Below are positions 37,442 to 47,584 of a DNA stretch of 64,000 bases, one piece after another. Every line of letters begins with the position of its first letter. Position 1 is the stretch's first letter. The notes under the pieces are model-generated. The model saw only the letters and a list, made by a program, of their open reading frames with translations. It did no database searches and had not been told where the DNA came from. A program made the position numbers and the translations under genes. Source of the stretch: a virus; the IMG/VR virus record IMGVR_UViG_3300025237_000001, positions 64,001-128,000 of that record. One strand, given 5' to 3'.

Positions 37442-38086
37442 ATGATGTACAATAAATTTATTTTATTACAAATACTAATGTTATTTATCTTTGTGATAAA
37501 TTTAGTGTTATACCCAATAAGTTATATATTTAGAAAATCAATTATGAATAAGCCAAATCTTTGGAAATGGTTAATATTGTATTGGTTCTCTAATGATTCT
37601 GAAACAGGTTCGTCAAACCCAGAAATTAATTTTATTAATAATTGGTATGGAGTTTACCAAATATATAATCGAGATTATATAAAATTTAAAACACTTAATT
37701 GGTTTCAAAAATTTAAATTATCGTATCGATGGAACGGATTAAGAAATCCAAATTGGAATTTACAAACTGAATTTAAACCAAAAGAGGGTGAAAAAACGAA
37801 TATAGTTGAATTAGAATTTGAAGGTGATAATAATATTTTCACTTGGAGAAATAAAACCACTTTTGGTAAACAATTTGTTATTTGGGAAATAGATGGTACT
37901 AAATATTTTAGATATTCCTATACAAGAAATTTAAAACAGTATTCACCCAACAGGTTAATCACTAGATTTATATCTTGGATAGGTAATAAAACAAATTTAT
38001 ACTCATATAAAGAAAATGAATACGTTAATTTCATGGCTGGTACTGGTAACAGTAGATTTATTCTAAAATATAGAACATTTAAATAA
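37442..38086 (+). CDS. Trp-rich membrane-anchored hypothetical protein, paralogue 2
   Basis: N-terminal hydrophobic helix, YWFSNDSETG, WNGLRNPNWN. Confidence 0.7.
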   Translation: MMYNKFILLQILMLFIFVINLVLYPISYIFRKSIMNKPNLWKWLILYWFSNDSETGSSNPEINFINNWYGVYQIYNRDYIKFKTLNWFQKFKLSYRWNGLRNPNWNLQTEFKPKEGEKTNIVELEFEGDNNIFTWRNKTTFGKQFVIWEIDGTKYFRYSYTRNLKQYSPNRLITRFISWIGNKTNLYSYKENEYVNFMAGTGNSRFILKYRTFK

Positions 38087-38098
38087 TATTAAAATAAA

Positions 38099-38165
38099 CG
38101 GTTAGGACCGCTTATAGTCAAACGGCTATTGAAAACCACTTAAGTTCGCTACTAAAGTGGTTTTC
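38099..38165 (+). ncRNA. Candidate three-hairpin structured RNA element
   Basis: CGGT-TAGG-ACCG; ATAGTC-AAAC-GGCTAT; GAAAACCACTT-N13-AAGTGGTTTTC. Confidence 0.35.
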
Positions 38166-38188
38166 CACTTTTATAAACTATTTATAAT

Positions 38189-38353
38189 ATGAGTAATGAT
38201 AAAAAAACACATATGGCTAAAGCTAATAAACTTTTCCAAGAAAGACTTAGAGCTGAAAGCGCAAATACTGAGGAACCTAAAGAAATGACGGTTGTACCTG
38301 ATATTAACCCAAGTTTAACCAATTTATTAAACCCCTTAATGAAGAACCAATAA
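38189..38353 (+). CDS. Small hypothetical protein (54 aa)
   Basis: Not in the track; MSNDKKTHMAKANKLFQERL... directly after the TATTTATA box at 38179, stop 2 nt before the next ATG. Confidence 0.55.
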   Translation: MSNDKKTHMAKANKLFQERLRAESANTEEPKEMTVVPDINPSLTNLLNPLMKNQ

Positions 38354-38355
38354 TT

Positions 38356-38724
38356 ATGAGAAGACAAGATAAATTAAAGAATATAGCAAAAATTAACAAA
38401 CGTTTAAATGAGAATAGATTTAGTTGGGATGGAACATATGCCAATGAAGTTAATGAAGATGAAGTTAATGAAGACGAAGTTGTAGAAGGTGATGTTGAAG
38501 ATTATAACCATTTATATGACGTTGAAGCATCTTCTAAAGATGATGATGTTGTTGACCCTTATACAATTAAAGAAAAACAAATGATTGCTTTAGGTAGTGA
38601 TATTGAAATGGTTGATGAAGATTGTGGATGTCCTTTAGACCAACCAGAACCAACTGACGTAGATAAAAGTCAATGGTTTTCACAAGAAGATGGGGAAAGA
38701 CTTACCGATAAAATATTTAATTAA
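38356..38724 (+). CDS. Acidic hypothetical protein
   Basis: 122 aa, D/E-rich, EVNEDEVNEDEV. Confidence 0.65.
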   Translation: MRRQDKLKNIAKINKRLNENRFSWDGTYANEVNEDEVNEDEVVEGDVEDYNHLYDVEASSKDDDVVDPYTIKEKQMIALGSDIEMVDEDCGCPLDQPEPTDVDKSQWFSQEDGERLTDKIFN

Positions 38725-38787
38725 ACTAAAAAACTTTACTTTAACTATTTATTATATATAATATAATTAAATTAATGTTTTTAACAA

Positions 38788-39897
38788 ATGGAAAATAAAC
38801 CACAAGTATTCGCATCTCCAAAGATGTCAGAAGCCATGAAAGAGGCTAATTCAATGGGTGATAAAATTGCCGCACAAGCTAATTTAGAAGATGGCGCAAT
38901 TATAAAAGAAAAAGGTAATGGTGAATTATCTGCTCAAGAACAAATGAATAAGGATAGTCTTGATAACTTAGAAGCGCAGTTAAAAGCGAGAGATGAGTTG
39001 ATTGCAAAAAAGAAAGCCGAAGCACAAGGTGTTGAGGTTGAATCTGTAATTCCTAACACTCCACTCGTAACTTACGCACAACCCGATACAAAATCACATG
39101 AAAAATTAGATTTTGATGATGATGAGAAATACGAGGCTTTAAGTAGACCTCAGATGAACGCACCTTATGACGTAATTAAATTACCAAGTGAAGGGTTATT
39201 ATATAAAAATTGTAAAAGTGCTTTAAAAGTAGCTTATTTGAACGCTACGGATGAAAATATCATCACTAACCCTAACCTTTTAAAATCAGGTAAGTTTCTA
39301 GAAGTATTAATCAATAGAAAAATATTAGACACTAACATTAGATATAAAGATTTACATGTTGGTGATAGAAATGCAATCATGATTTGGTTACGTTCTACTG
39401 GATTTGGTGCGATGTACAAAATTAGACTAGCCGACCCAGAAAACGATTATAAAGAATTCGAAACTGAAGTTGATTTATCTAAGTTACCAATAAAACATTT
39501 ATCCGAAAAACCTGATGAGAACGGTCACTTTACATTTAAACTACCTCTTGCTGAGAAAACGATAACATATAAATTGTTAACCGTTGGCGATGTAGATGAC
39601 ATTGAAAATCATGTTGAGAAGATTAGTGATGAAGTTGGACCTGAATTTGTTGATACTTCAACATATACACTTAAAAAACAAGTTGTAGCTGTTGATGGAG
39701 ATTATGATTCTGAAGTTGTTAAAAACTTTGTGGATTTAGGAATGAGATTAGGTGATGTGAGAGCATTTAGAAAGCATATAAATGAAGTTGAGTCAGGAAT
39801 TGATATGGCTATAACAGTCGAGACTCAGGGGGGTGGGTCTCTTGATACATTTCTTCCCCTTAACATCACATTTTTTTGGCCTGACCTTGGAGTATAA
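38788..39897 (+). CDS. Tail/baseplate-hub assembly chaperone (T4 gp26-like family)
   Basis: LPSEG..Y, DENIITNPNLL, GDRNAIMIWLRSTGFG; lies between tube and tape measure. Confidence 0.75.
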   Translation: MENKPQVFASPKMSEAMKEANSMGDKIAAQANLEDGAIIKEKGNGELSAQEQMNKDSLDNLEAQLKARDELIAKKKAEAQGVEVESVIPNTPLVTYAQPDTKSHEKLDFDDDEKYEALSRPQMNAPYDVIKLPSEGLLYKNCKSALKVAYLNATDENIITNPNLLKSGKFLEVLINRKILDTNIRYKDLHVGDRNAIMIWLRSTGFGAMYKIRLADPENDYKEFETEVDLSKLPIKHLSEKPDENGHFTFKLPLAEKTITYKLLTVGDVDDIENHVEKISDEVGPEFVDTSTYTLKKQVVAVDGDYDSEVVKNFVDLGMRLGDVRAFRKHINEVESGIDMAITVETQGGGSLDTFLPLNITFFWPDLGV

Positions 39898-40105
39898 GAG
39901 GTATTTGTTAGAGGAAGTATATATTTGTAGAAAACATCTTGGATTTACATATAGCGATATAATGAATATGCCAACTTATGAAAGGAGATTCTTTTTAGTT
40001 ACATTACAAAATGAAGTTATTGACGCAGAAGAGAAACGTACTACTGGTAGTACCGTTACGAAAACTGGAAAACATACTCAAACTAGAAAATTCTCACCAA
40101 AATAA
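39878..40105 (+). CDS. Probable frameshift extension of the tail chaperone (GT/E'-like)
   Basis: Overlapping +1 frame entered at the T7 run 39871-39877; KHLGFTYSDIMNMPTYERRFFL; the track start GTG 39833 has poor context. Confidence 0.6.
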   Translation, partial: GLTLEYKRYLLEEVYICRKHLGFTYSDIMNMPTYERRFFLVTLQNEVIDAEEKRTTGSTVTKTGKHTQTRKFSPK

Positions 40106-40106
40106 T

Positions 40107-40134
40107 AAAAAACCTCTATTTATAGGGGTTTTTT
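40107..40134 (+). terminator. Intrinsic terminator
   Basis: AAAAAACCTCTAT-TT-ATAGGGGTTTTTT. Confidence 0.65.
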
Positions 40135-40167
40135 ATTTATTAGATATTTATATAAAAACAATTAGTT

Positions 40168-41367
40168 ATGAATGATATAACATACGCAAATGAAATTATG
40201 AATTCACTTCTTATGGAAGCTGAATTAAAAGATAGTTTCGCTGAATTTGCTGAAGAGTCAATTATTAGGTTAGTTTTATCGAATGGTTCAGAAGAAACTT
40301 TTGAGGTCACTGAAAATCTTGCTGGTAGAATTGAAATGGTCGATAGAAAGAGTAAGATTAAATATACTTTTACCAAAGACGCAATAAATGATGGTACGAT
40401 GACATTACATAAAGTTGATTCATCTAAACCTAATTCTGAAGGTGCGAAGATAACTCTTAAATTAAAAGAGTTTATGACTAGTAAAAAAAATGGTGAATTA
40501 GTAAGTGTTGATATTGTTGACGATGAGATACATGAAAGACTTGGTGAGATTAATTCTCAATTGAAAAGTGCTTCGAAGGGTGATATTCTTTATATTTCAA
40601 CCGAAGAAAAGAATTCAAAGGGTGATATTGTAAATACTATTTTACTAAAGATTGTTGAATCTGAAGTGGAAATGTTAACTTGTGTTTTAGAAGGTATTGA
40701 ATCTGAGAATGATGGTGGTGAAACAAATAGTTATGCCATGGATAAATTAGTTAAAGTATTTAAGATGCATAACATTTATATTCGTAGTAATAATTTAGTT
40801 AAAATAGTTGACGGTTCTTTAACGTTAACATTAACGGTAGGTAAAAAACCTTTTGATATTCAAAATATAATATTCATTGAAACTCATCCGAATGAAGATA
40901 GTGATATTGATGTAGAAGATGCTAGAGAATTAGCAAAACAAGAATTTCTTCATCAACACGGAAACTCACCAGAATTTAAACAAGCACTTGCAAAAACTCC
41001 AACTTTTTGGGACACATTTATGGGTGCGACACCAAAAGGTCGTAAAGAAATTGAAAAGATTGTTAATAGAAGTGTAACGGATAATAGTTATTTAACCAAA
41101 GGGAATACAATAACATTTAAATTATTGTCAAATACTATATTCATTGACAGAGACTTTAAATTAACCCAAAATAAAAAAATATATGCTGGTACTATGGAAA
41201 AAAACAATGTTTTAAAACTTGGTACTAGGAGAAGAGGACATTTTGAACTTCAAATTACTAAAGAAGTGAGTCCGTCAATATACAACGTTAAAATAAGATT
41301 CTGTAACAAAGATTTAAATTGTGAATCTCAAGGTGAAGGTACAATAAAAGTGATAAGAAATGGCTAA
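40168..41367 (+). CDS. Hypothetical acidic protein
   Basis: 399 aa ORF after a TATTTATA box; overlaps the tape-measure start. Confidence 0.7.
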   Translation: MNDITYANEIMNSLLMEAELKDSFAEFAEESIIRLVLSNGSEETFEVTENLAGRIEMVDRKSKIKYTFTKDAINDGTMTLHKVDSSKPNSEGAKITLKLKEFMTSKKNGELVSVDIVDDEIHERLGEINSQLKSASKGDILYISTEEKNSKGDIVNTILLKIVESEVEMLTCVLEGIESENDGGETNSYAMDKLVKVFKMHNIYIRSNNLVKIVDGSLTLTLTVGKKPFDIQNIIFIETHPNEDSDIDVEDARELAKQEFLHQHGNSPEFKQALAKTPTFWDTFMGATPKGRKEIEKIVNRSVTDNSYLTKGNTITFKLLSNTIFIDRDFKLTQNKKIYAGTMEKNNVLKLGTRRRGHFELQITKEVSPSIYNVKIRFCNKDLNCESQGEGTIKVIRNG

Positions 41368-43954
41368 GAAAAATAATTCTTCAAATAAAAAATTATCGGA
41401 CCACGAAATAAAGGTTGATTTAATCCGTGAGGCTTCACAAAGCTTAAAGGATTATAATAAACTTTTACAAGAAACTAGGGAGTTGGAAATTAATATTCAA
41501 CACCAGAAAATTCAACGTGATAAAATCAAAGCTATATTAGCTGAAAATAAATTAAAAGCTATTGGTTTAGGGTTATCACAAGCTCAAGTTGATGTATATC
41601 AAGATGAATTAGATGAAATAGAAAAAATTATTAAAGTTGGTGAGAAGTATAATAAAATTCAAAGAGAAGCTGTTAGTGAAGTTAAATTATTAGCCCTTTC
41701 TTGGAAAGAAGCTGGGAGACAAGTTAAGAATTTAGGAAAATACATTTACCAACAAGGTCCTTGGTTATTAGAACAACAAAAAGCCGTTAAAGGAACCGAG
41801 CTTTCAATGGGTATTCTTTCTAATCAAGCAAAAGGTTTTAGAAATAATATTTACAAAAGTTCATTAACAACAACCCAAATGGGTGTTGATACCAAAGACT
41901 TAGCTAAATTACATGGTACTTATTCAGATAAAATAGGACGTAGTGTTCAATTATCTGAGGAACAAATGGAATCTATGGCTGAATTAGCTAAAGGTACTGT
42001 TTTAGGTATTGAGGGTGCCGCAGAATTTGCTGCTGAGATGGAACACTTCAACGTATCAGTTAAGGGAAGTACCGCATTGGTTGAAGGTATGCTTAAACAA
42101 TCCCATAAAATGGGTGTTAATAGTGGTAAGGTAATTAAAAATGTTCAAAAGAACATTAAAATGCTCCACAAATACAATTTTAAGGATGGTGTTAAAGGTT
42201 TAACCAAAATGGCAGCTCTAGCTACCAAATTTAAATTTGAGATGGAATCAATAGCTGGTTTCGCTGATAATTTAATGACACCTGAAGGTGCTGTAGAAGC
42301 GGCTTCTAAATTACAAGTATTAGGTGGTGCGTGGGCTAAAATGGGTGACCCGTTTGAACTTATGTATAGAAGTAGAAATGATTTAACTGGTTTAACCGAA
42401 GATATTCTTGACGCTACAACTGCAACAGCTAGATTTGATAAAGATAGTGGGGAGATTACTATTGACCCAATGGAATTACATAGATTACGTGAGGTAGCTA
42501 AGGTAACTGGAATTAGTGCTGAAGAACTTAGTAAAATGGCTAAAGCAAAAGCGAGGTTCAACGCCATTACTAGTAATGTATCAAGTGCTTTTAGTGAAGA
42601 AGATAAACAATATATTGAAGGTTTAGCCACTTGGGACGATAAAAAGAAAGAGTTTGTAATTACAACTCAAGTAGGTGATGAAAGTGTAACTGAAAGTGTT
42701 AACGCTCTTAGACAAATAACACCTCAAATTATTAAATCTCAAGTAGATTTCCAACAAACACTTAAGAAAAATGCTACTCAAGCAATGACTTTTGCTGATA
42801 AATGGGAAGGTCTAGAAAATATGTTTAAATCCATGTTATTACCTGGTTTCGAATCCTTCGCAAAAGCAATGGAAGATACTATTGGAGACTTTCACGCATG
42901 GGCTAGTGACGCTAAACTTACTGAAAATTTAATAGATTTTGGTAAAAGTGTTGGTGAATTAGCTGGTAGTATAGTTAAATTTGCAGCTAATAACCCTTTT
43001 ACCGCTGGAATATTAGCATTGGTTGGTTCAGCTGCTGTATGGGTAGCCAGAGGTATGCAATTAGGTATGGGGTTCAATATGACAGCTAGTAAAATGGGTC
43101 TTGGTGGAGGCGGTGGTATGAACAAAGGTGGTATGTTTAAAAATGGTGCATTTAACTTAGGTAAAAATGGTTCAATGGCAATGGGTAAAAATGGTGGAAG
43201 ATTAGGTATGCTCGGTAAAATGGGTAGAGCTGGTCGTTCTGGTATGGGTATTGGTGCTGGTGTTATCGGTGGTGTAGCCGCTGGTTATGATGAATGGAGT
43301 GAAAACTCAGCCGCTGGAATGGATAATGGTGAAAATGCTAGTAGAACTGCTATGCGTGGAATTGGTGGTGGTCTTGGTGGTTGGGGTGGTGCCGCTGCTG
43401 GTGCTGCAATAGGTTCAGTTATACCAGTGATTGGAACTCTAGTTGGTGGAATTATTGGTGGTGCTCTTGGTGCTTGGGGTGGTAGTGAAATTGGTGATGT
43501 TGCTGGTGATTTTTCTCATGGTAAATCTGGAAGGAAATTGAATGATTTTATTTCAAGAGGTGGTGAAAGTCCTGTACCATTTAGTAAAGATGATACAGTA
43601 CTTGGGGCTAAGAAAGGTGGTCCGATTGATAATCTTTTAAATCAAAGTATGCCAGGTGATAATGACAGTAGTTTTAACACTAAAGCTATATTATCATCTA
43701 ATATTGGAAAAGCTTCTAGAGGTAATGCGATTGAAGAAGGAAAGTCTGTTATCCCTACTACACAAAAGGTTTCGGTTGAATTTAAACAACCTTTACGAGT
43801 TGAAGGTACACTAACTTTAGAGTCTAATGGACAAGAAATTAAATTAGATTTAAATGACCCAATATTGATGAGAGAGTTAAGTAAAGAAATGCAAATACAA
43901 TTAACTAAAGCGATTGGTGGTGGTAAGACTGCATCTACTCCTAACGCTGTATAA
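41360..43954 (+). CDS. Tape measure protein
   Basis: 864 aa helical/coiled-coil protein with a Gly-zipper segment GGWGGAAAGAAIGSVIPVIGTLVGG; position after the chaperone. Confidence 0.8.
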   Translation: MAKKNNSSNKKLSDHEIKVDLIREASQSLKDYNKLLQETRELEINIQHQKIQRDKIKAILAENKLKAIGLGLSQAQVDVYQDELDEIEKIIKVGEKYNKIQREAVSEVKLLALSWKEAGRQVKNLGKYIYQQGPWLLEQQKAVKGTELSMGILSNQAKGFRNNIYKSSLTTTQMGVDTKDLAKLHGTYSDKIGRSVQLSEEQMESMAELAKGTVLGIEGAAEFAAEMEHFNVSVKGSTALVEGMLKQSHKMGVNSGKVIKNVQKNIKMLHKYNFKDGVKGLTKMAALATKFKFEMESIAGFADNLMTPEGAVEAASKLQVLGGAWAKMGDPFELMYRSRNDLTGLTEDILDATTATARFDKDSGEITIDPMELHRLREVAKVTGISAEELSKMAKAKARFNAITSNVSSAFSEEDKQYIEGLATWDDKKKEFVITTQVGDESVTESVNALRQITPQIIKSQVDFQQTLKKNATQAMTFADKWEGLENMFKSMLLPGFESFAKAMEDTIGDFHAWASDAKLTENLIDFGKSVGELAGSIVKFAANNPFTAGILALVGSAAVWVARGMQLGMGFNMTASKMGLGGGGGMNKGGMFKNGAFNLGKNGSMAMGKNGGRLGMLGKMGRAGRSGMGIGAGVIGGVAAGYDEWSENSAAGMDNGENASRTAMRGIGGGLGGWGGAAAGAAIGSVIPVIGTLVGGIIGGALGAWGGSEIGDVAGDFSHGKSGRKLNDFISRGGESPVPFSKDDTVLGAKKGGPIDNLLNQSMPGDNDSSFNTKAILSSNIGKASRGNAIEEGKSVIPTTQKVSVEFKQPLRVEGTLTLESNGQEIKLDLNDPILMRELSKEMQIQLTKAIGGGKTASTPNAV

Positions 43955-44194
43955 TAAATAACTCTTGAAACCCCTATAAAATAAGGGTAATTGAAGATTT
44001 ATTAAAAATAAATCAATTTTTACTTGCATTTTCTTTAAATATTTTGTTTTTTTTATATTATTAATAGAACTTAATAACTAATAACTAATAAGAATAATAT
44101 ATATAATTAATACTACTATTATACTAATATTGCGTAATTTAAATTTTAAGTTAAAATTTACTTCAATAGCAATATTTATAATAAAAGAAAAGCT

Positions 44195-47100
44195 ATGGCT
44201 AATTCAATAAATGATGATTCACCCGAAATAAGAGATTCCTTATTAAGTAAAAACTTAATATTATCTGACACAGTGACAGATAATAGTTTAAGTGGAATAG
44301 CTAATGGATTAGGTTTACCTTCAAGCAACACATTACTTACTCACGTACCAGCCTCCGAAAATTTAGAGGTAACTGGTGAAGATGTACGTAGTGGTCTAGT
44401 AAGTAGAAATAGATATACTTCAACCGAAGATATGGTTTCTGCAACTATAATAGATAATAACTTCAATTATGACCAACAAGACGGTGGGTATATCACAGAA
44501 AACAATGAATTAAATTTTGGTGGTGCTGGCACTTCAGGATTAGATACACTTGACGCAATCACATCTCAACAAGGATTTGGATTAGATGGTGGTGGTTTAT
44601 ACCCACAAGGGGATATTAGAACTACTGTCGCTGGTAGGGTTTTAGGAGCCACTGGAGCTATTAATGATACTCCATTGGGGATTATTGGTGGTGAACAATT
44701 ATTATTAGCTCTAGGACAAAGAGCCACTTTCAATGCACAAAGAGAATTATTTGGTCAAGTTAATCTTAGTCCGTTTAGTTTATTGAGTGGTTCGGATTTT
44801 ATAGTACCTGACAATAGTATTACCGTAAGAAGCACAACTTTAGGTAGAATCGGGGATATCGCTTTAGATGTCACTGGATTTAATCTACCAATTCAAATTA
44901 TTGACGATGAAGCTTCAATCGAAAACCAAGATAGTATCGAAAGAAACAATGCGTTAATTAGATATACAGGCAAAGGGCAATTAATGCGTCTTTTCGATAA
45001 TTTAAATCAAAATAAATATAAACCTAATTATGTATCTGATGGCTCAGGTAGAAGTAAATTAGGTGTTAATCCAGAAGTTACTGAATATAGCCCAATAAGT
45101 AGTGGAACAACATTAGCTGAAAGAACTCAAACCGAACTTGGTATTGGTCTTAGTGAATTTGATGGTTCCGATAAAATATGGGACCCAAATGTGTTCCTTA
45201 GTGAATCAGGAACTTTGTTAGCTAAAACCAAAGAAATGTTCAATGATAGGATTAGTTACATGGTTCATTTTGGTGAACAAGGAACTCCAAGTGTTGATTT
45301 TTCACAATTAAATACACCTTCAGGTGGTAAATTATCTAAGGGTAGTGGTGTTTTAAGTGAAGCTTTCTTGAAAGAAGGTGATAAAGAAAATGTGTTTTGT
45401 AGAACTTGGACTTCAACGAAGACTTACTCTACCGTAGCAGATTTACAAAAAAATACAGGGTTATATAATTATAAAAATAAAATCAGACAGGATATTGAAG
45501 ATTCTGTATTGGGTGATAATGGATTTGTTAAAATATCTCCATATAAAGTACCTCAAGGTGAAGAAGATTCATATGATGCTAAGAAATTCATGTTTTCAAT
45601 TGAAAACCTTGCGTGGAATGATGATTTAATTAACTTACCAAAATTTGAAATTGGTAATGGTGACCCACAAACGGGTACCAAAGGAAGAATTATGTGGTTT
45701 CCACCATACGATATTAAATTCACTGATACAACATCGGTAGATTGGGATACAACTAAATTTATTGGTAGAGGTGAACCTATCTATACGTACAATTCTACTG
45801 AAAGAAGTGGAACTTTATCTTTCAAGGTGATTATAGATTACCCTGATTATATGAACGATAGTAAGATTAATACAAATGAGTTAATGTCTAGTTTGGCAGC
45901 TGGTTGTTTGGATTATAACAAATATTTCTCAACGAATGAAGAAAGAATGTTACAAGAGGAAATTAATAAAGATATTGTTACACCTAAAACAACTATAGGA
46001 ACTCAAGTTGTGAAGTATGATAATTTCAAATTCTTTTTTGATAATGATATTTCTATAATAGATTCAGGATATGAAACAATTGGTTTAAATGCGGATTGGC
46101 AAGGTCCTACATTTATTAGTGATTTGAAAAATCTATTTACACAAAATAAAGGAATTAAAGTTAAATTAAGTGGTTACGCTAGTAAACGTGGTAATACAAC
46201 AACAAATAAAATATTAAGTGATGATAGAATTACCTCAGTTAAAGCGTGGTTTGATACTAATATTGGAAGTGATTTAACATTCGGTGCAACTACTTCAGAA
46301 GGTGATACCAAAGCAGACCAAGCAATCGATGCAGATATTAATGCGGTAAGTGTTAAAAAAGAGAGATTTGTACTTGTGGATTTTGTATATAACCCTAGTA
46401 CTGATGAACAAGTAACTAATACAACTGATGTTAAAAAAGAAACAACTAATAATGAAAAGGAAGTTTTAGAAAAAGTTAAAAGAAGATTCCATAGAGAAGA
46501 CCAATATTTTGAAGAATTAAAGAAGAGTGATGTTAATAGTGATAAAATCATTTATGATAATATTAGGGAAAAGATTAAATTCTTTCACCCAGCGTTCCAT
46601 TCAACTACACCTGAAGGTTTTAACTCTAGATTAACATTTTTACACCAATGTACTAGACAAGGTTCTACAAAACTTAATAATAAAAGTTTTAATCTAGCGT
46701 TTGGTTCACCACCAGTATGTATACTTAGGATTGGTGATTTTTATAACACTAAAATAATTATAAATAATCTAGGTATTAATTACGAACCTCTAGTTTGGGA
46801 TTTAAACCCAGAAGGTGTTGGAGTCCAACCAATGATTGCAAATGTTGAAATAGCATTCAAATTTATAGGTGGTAGTGCATTAAATGGTCCAATTAATAAA
46901 TTACAAAATGCGGTATCATTTAATTACTTTGCAAATACAGGTGTTTATGACCCTAGAGCTGATAGGTTGGTTAGAAAAGATAATATTGACCCTGAAAATC
47001 CAGATGATTCAATATATGAATTTTCAGGTGGAGAAAAAGAATTTGGCGCAAAGGTTGACAGTGATACTGTTCAACCTAATAATAAACAAGCAAGTGATTT

Positions 47101-47581
47101 AGGGGTTCCTAATGATGCTAATGTAGTTGCGGAAAATGAAGCTCAAAAACAAGAAGAGGTGCTTTATGATGATAAATCAGAAGTTTCTAATATATCAGTT
47201 GTAGGTCATGACAGTTATGTTGCAGACCAAGATTACTTATATGTTGATTTCTCATACACACATAAGTCAACATCAATTTATAAATTAGAGAATTCTAATA
47301 GAGGTAATATATCATTAACTTCAAGTAGTGACCCAACATTGAATATTCAATTAGGTTATGTTCTTGCAGACCCAAATGATGCGACTAGTTTTATATTTGG
47401 GAGTTCAGATGGTTTAGAACAAATTATAATTAGTGAGAGTACTGGGACTACAGATTTCACAATATCATTCGTTGATTTCAATAGTGATATAGTATTATTA
47501 ATGAACCAAGTGCTTGCAGCTGGTGATGGGACATTAAAATTGGCTTGGACAAGTGGTTCAAGAAGTAATGTAAATTTTTAA
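44195..47581 (+). CDS. Baseplate / tube-initiator protein with an OmpA-like domain
   Basis: MWFPPYDIKF, IGRGEPIYTYNSTERSGTLSF, PPVCILRIGDFY; OmpA-like KLSGYAS...NKILSDDR..SV. Confidence 0.7.
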   Translation: MANSINDDSPEIRDSLLSKNLILSDTVTDNSLSGIANGLGLPSSNTLLTHVPASENLEVTGEDVRSGLVSRNRYTSTEDMVSATIIDNNFNYDQQDGGYITENNELNFGGAGTSGLDTLDAITSQQGFGLDGGGLYPQGDIRTTVAGRVLGATGAINDTPLGIIGGEQLLLALGQRATFNAQRELFGQVNLSPFSLLSGSDFIVPDNSITVRSTTLGRIGDIALDVTGFNLPIQIIDDEASIENQDSIERNNALIRYTGKGQLMRLFDNLNQNKYKPNYVSDGSGRSKLGVNPEVTEYSPISSGTTLAERTQTELGIGLSEFDGSDKIWDPNVFLSESGTLLAKTKEMFNDRISYMVHFGEQGTPSVDFSQLNTPSGGKLSKGSGVLSEAFLKEGDKENVFCRTWTSTKTYSTVADLQKNTGLYNYKNKIRQDIEDSVLGDNGFVKISPYKVPQGEEDSYDAKKFMFSIENLAWNDDLINLPKFEIGNGDPQTGTKGRIMWFPPYDIKFTDTTSVDWDTTKFIGRGEPIYTYNSTERSGTLSFKVIIDYPDYMNDSKINTNELMSSLAAGCLDYNKYFSTNEERMLQEEINKDIVTPKTTIGTQVVKYDNFKFFFDNDISIIDSGYETIGLNADWQGPTFISDLKNLFTQNKGIKVKLSGYASKRGNTTTNKILSDDRITSVKAWFDTNIGSDLTFGATTSEGDTKADQAIDADINAVSVKKERFVLVDFVYNPSTDEQVTNTTDVKKETTNNEKEVLEKVKRRFHREDQYFEELKKSDVNSDKIIYDNIREKIKFFHPAFHSTTPEGFNSRLTFLHQCTRQGSTKLNNKSFNLAFGSPPVCILRIGDFYNTKIIINNLGINYEPLVWDLNPEGVGVQPMIANVEIAFKFIGGSALNGPINKLQNAVSFNYFANTGVYDPRADRLVRKDNIDPENPDDSIYEFSGGEKEFGAKVDSDTVQPNNKQASDLGVPNDANVVAENEAQKQEEVLYDDKSEVSNISVVGHDSYVADQDYLYVDFSYTHKSTSIYKLENSNRGNISLTSSSDPTLNIQLGYVLADPNDATSFIFGSSDGLEQIIISESTGTTDFTISFVDFNSDIVLLMNQVLAAGDGTLKLAWTSGSRSNVNF

Positions 47582-47584
47582 GAT

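Noticed and set aside
42845-42856. GGTTTCGAATCC resembling a tRNA T-arm
   Set aside because: It lies within the tape-measure CDS and no acceptor or anticodon stems are evident.
43968-43988. Terminator after the tape-measure gene
   Set aside because: The stem has a mismatch and there is no U tract.
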